Source: the human T2T-CHM13v2.0 reference genome, Homo sapiens. From it: a stretch of 64,000 nucleotides of DNA. The position numbers were made by a program, and so were the translations under genes. The stretch spans positions 15,872,001-15,936,000 of the forward strand of contig CP068257.2 of the NCBI GenBank assembly GCA_009914755.4, in the 5' to 3' direction. Below are positions 61,592-64,000 of this stretch, piece after piece. Positions within the stretch are counted from its first letter, which is position 1, and the number at the start of each line of letters is the position of its first letter. The notes beneath the pieces were generated by a model. It saw only the letters and a program-made list of their open reading frames with translations, ran no database searches and was not told where the DNA came from.

Positions 61592-61867
61592 GGCTGGGCT
61601 CAATGGCTCACGCCTGTAATCCTAGCACTTTGGGAGGCCAAGGCAGGCAGAGCCCAGGAGTTCGAGACCAGTCTGGCCAACATGGCAAAGCCCCATCTCT
61701 ACAAAAAATATAAAAATTAGCCGGGCATGGTGGCACATGCCTGTTGTCCCAGCTACTCAGGAGGCTGAGGTGGGAGGATTGCTTGAGCCCCAAGGGTGCA
61801 GTGAGCCATGATAGCGCCACTGCACTCCAGCCTGGGTGACAGAGCAAAAGACCTTGTCTTCAAAAAA
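61592..61867 (+). mobile_element. Alu, sense, carrying an internal ~20-bp deletion, flanked by an unusually long 19-21 bp TSD (ttaa)agaaatctaaggaagcag
   Basis: TSD copies at 61570-61591 and 61868-61888. The body runs ggctgggctcaatggctcacgcctgtaatcctagcactttgggaggccaaggcaggcagagcccaggagttcgagaccag ... gtgacagagcaaaagaccttgtcttcaaaaaaa. Confidence 0.92.
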
Positions 61868-62257
61868 ATTAAGAAATCTAAGGAAGCAGTACATTTTGCA
61901 TATACCTGTCTCAAATGAAATCCTATGTAAGGTTCAAATCATATCAGATGAAATGGTTATTGTTTATCTTCTCTTTGCCTCCCCACATCCCCCCTTCACC
62001 AGATCCCCCACTAGCTCCAGAGACATCTGATTCATAAGACCCAATATAAAAGCTAATAGACTATTCTTTCAAAGTCCTTGGTGGTGAAGGGAAGGAAAAA
62101 GCAAGACGGCACAGTAACTAGAAGCAGGGCAAAGGTTAGTTTAAGATAGGAGAGATGCAAGCATAATTAATGTAGGCTGTGGAAAGAGAGCCTGGAAAGA
62201 AGGGGCCAAGATAAAATGAAGAACTTGAGAAAGTGAGAGAGATGGATGCAGATTTAA

Positions 62258-62615
<358 letters not shown>

Positions 62616-63029
62616 GGTCTCACTTTTCTTTATGACGTATAGGTGAGGCCATTCCCTGGGCGGCTTGCCAGTTGTAGGGCAGGGTAAGAAGACAGAAAAG
62701 AGATGAAATTTAGGAAATTTCGGATGAAGAATGGGAGAGAGAAGAGGCTTAGAACACAGAAAGCAGTCCTTGAATGGTGATGGTGCTGGTGAGGTTTGAA
62801 TCACAAACTTGTTACACTGGCCATTTAGGGCCTGGATATTAGCTGGCAGAGTAAGTGCTCAATAAAAGTGTGTTTGTATGAAGACATGATTTGTTCCATT
62901 CCTGTTGTATTTTATTAAAAAAAAAAACAACCTTTCCTATTCATTTACTATTGCATATAGAGGACTTGGGTGCATCTAACCTCAGGAAGACATGAAGAGG
63001 TGATGGACTACTTTATTTATTTACTTATA

Positions 63030-63153
63030 TTTTTTATAGAGATGGGATCTTGCTATGTTATCTAAGCTGGTCTCAAACTCCTGGCCTCAGGCAGTCTTTA
63101 GCCTTTGCCTCCCAAAGTGCTGGGATTATAGGCATGAGCCACCATACCTGGCC
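63030..63153 (-). mobile_element. Left Alu monomer (FLAM-like), antisense
   Basis: ttttttatagagatgggatcttgctatgttatctaagctggtctcaaactcctggcctcaggcagtctttagcctttgcctcccaaagtgctgggattataggcatgagccaccatacctggcc. Confidence 0.82.
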
Positions 63154-63369
63154 CTGGACCACTTTGGAAAGAAATATGAATCCACTTGATTATGAAAACA
63201 GCCGTTTATTAAATTTATTAATTTATTAAACAGCCTCTGCAGTTAAGTATGTTCTCCTAGACAAGAGTTGGCGAAAACTCTCACTTCTGGGTTAACTTTC
63301 TTAAAACACTTATGTTCACTCTCTTGCTCAAAAGCTTTCCTAGACAACTTCCAATTTAAAGAATTCCAG

Positions 63370-63670
63370 GCCAGGCGTGTTGGCTAACACCTATAATCCC
63401 GGCACTTTGGGAGGCCGAGGCAGGCAGATATCTCGAGCCCAGGAGTTGGAGACCAGCCTGGCCAACATGGCGAAACCTGTCTCTGGTAAAAATACAAAAG
63501 TTAGCTGGGCATGGTGGCAGGCGCCAGATACTTGGGAGGCTGAAGTAGGAGGATCACCTGAGCCTGAGGAGGTCAAGGCTGCAGTGAGTTGTGATCGCAC
63601 TACTGAACTCCGGCCTGGGTGACAGAGTGAGGCCTTGTCTCAAAACCAAAAATACATAAATAAAGATTAA
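63370..63670 (+). mobile_element. Alu, sense, diverged
   Basis: ggccaggcgtgttggctaacacctataatcccggcactttgggaggccgaggcaggcagatatctcgagcccaggagttggagaccagcctggccaacatggcgaaacctgtctctggtaaaaatacaaaag ... gtgacagagtgaggccttgtctcaaaaccaaaaatacataaataaag. Confidence 0.9.
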
Positions 63671-63776
63671 AGTCTAAACCATAGGTTTAGTGGCTTCAGA
63701 CTTTTACATCTGACCCTGCACTATTATACTTACTCTATCCTTATACTGGCATATACATGTATTTTTTAAAAAATAA

Positions 63777-64000
<224 letters not shown>

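Overview
This window is human (or very closely related hominid) genomic DNA from the CXADR locus (coxsackievirus and adenovirus receptor, chromosome 21q21.1), with the gene on the + strand. It covers the 3' ~30 kb of intron 1, coding exons 2-7 with canonical GT/AG splice sites, the exon-7 stop codon, the long 3' UTR, and roughly 10 kb of downstream flank. Exon 1 (signal peptide) lies upstream of the window. The spliced exons translate without interruption to the CAR sequence from [14 protein letters not shown]... to ...AQSKDGSIV as I recall it. An antisense BTF3L4-like processed pseudogene with an unbroken 182-codon ORF sits in intron 1 at 1537-2085. About a quarter of the window is interspersed repeats. 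There are about 50 Alu insertions, many with clear target-site duplications, plus three MaLR solo LTRs (two MLT1-type, one THE1/MST-type), old L1 3' fragments, two short TIR-bounded DNA-transposon relics and several microsatellites. I see no prokaryotic-type gene island or novel biological system here; it is a well-characterised, intron-dominated primate gene region. Repeat coordinates are approximate (about +/-10 bp). Exon coordinates were counted to the base.
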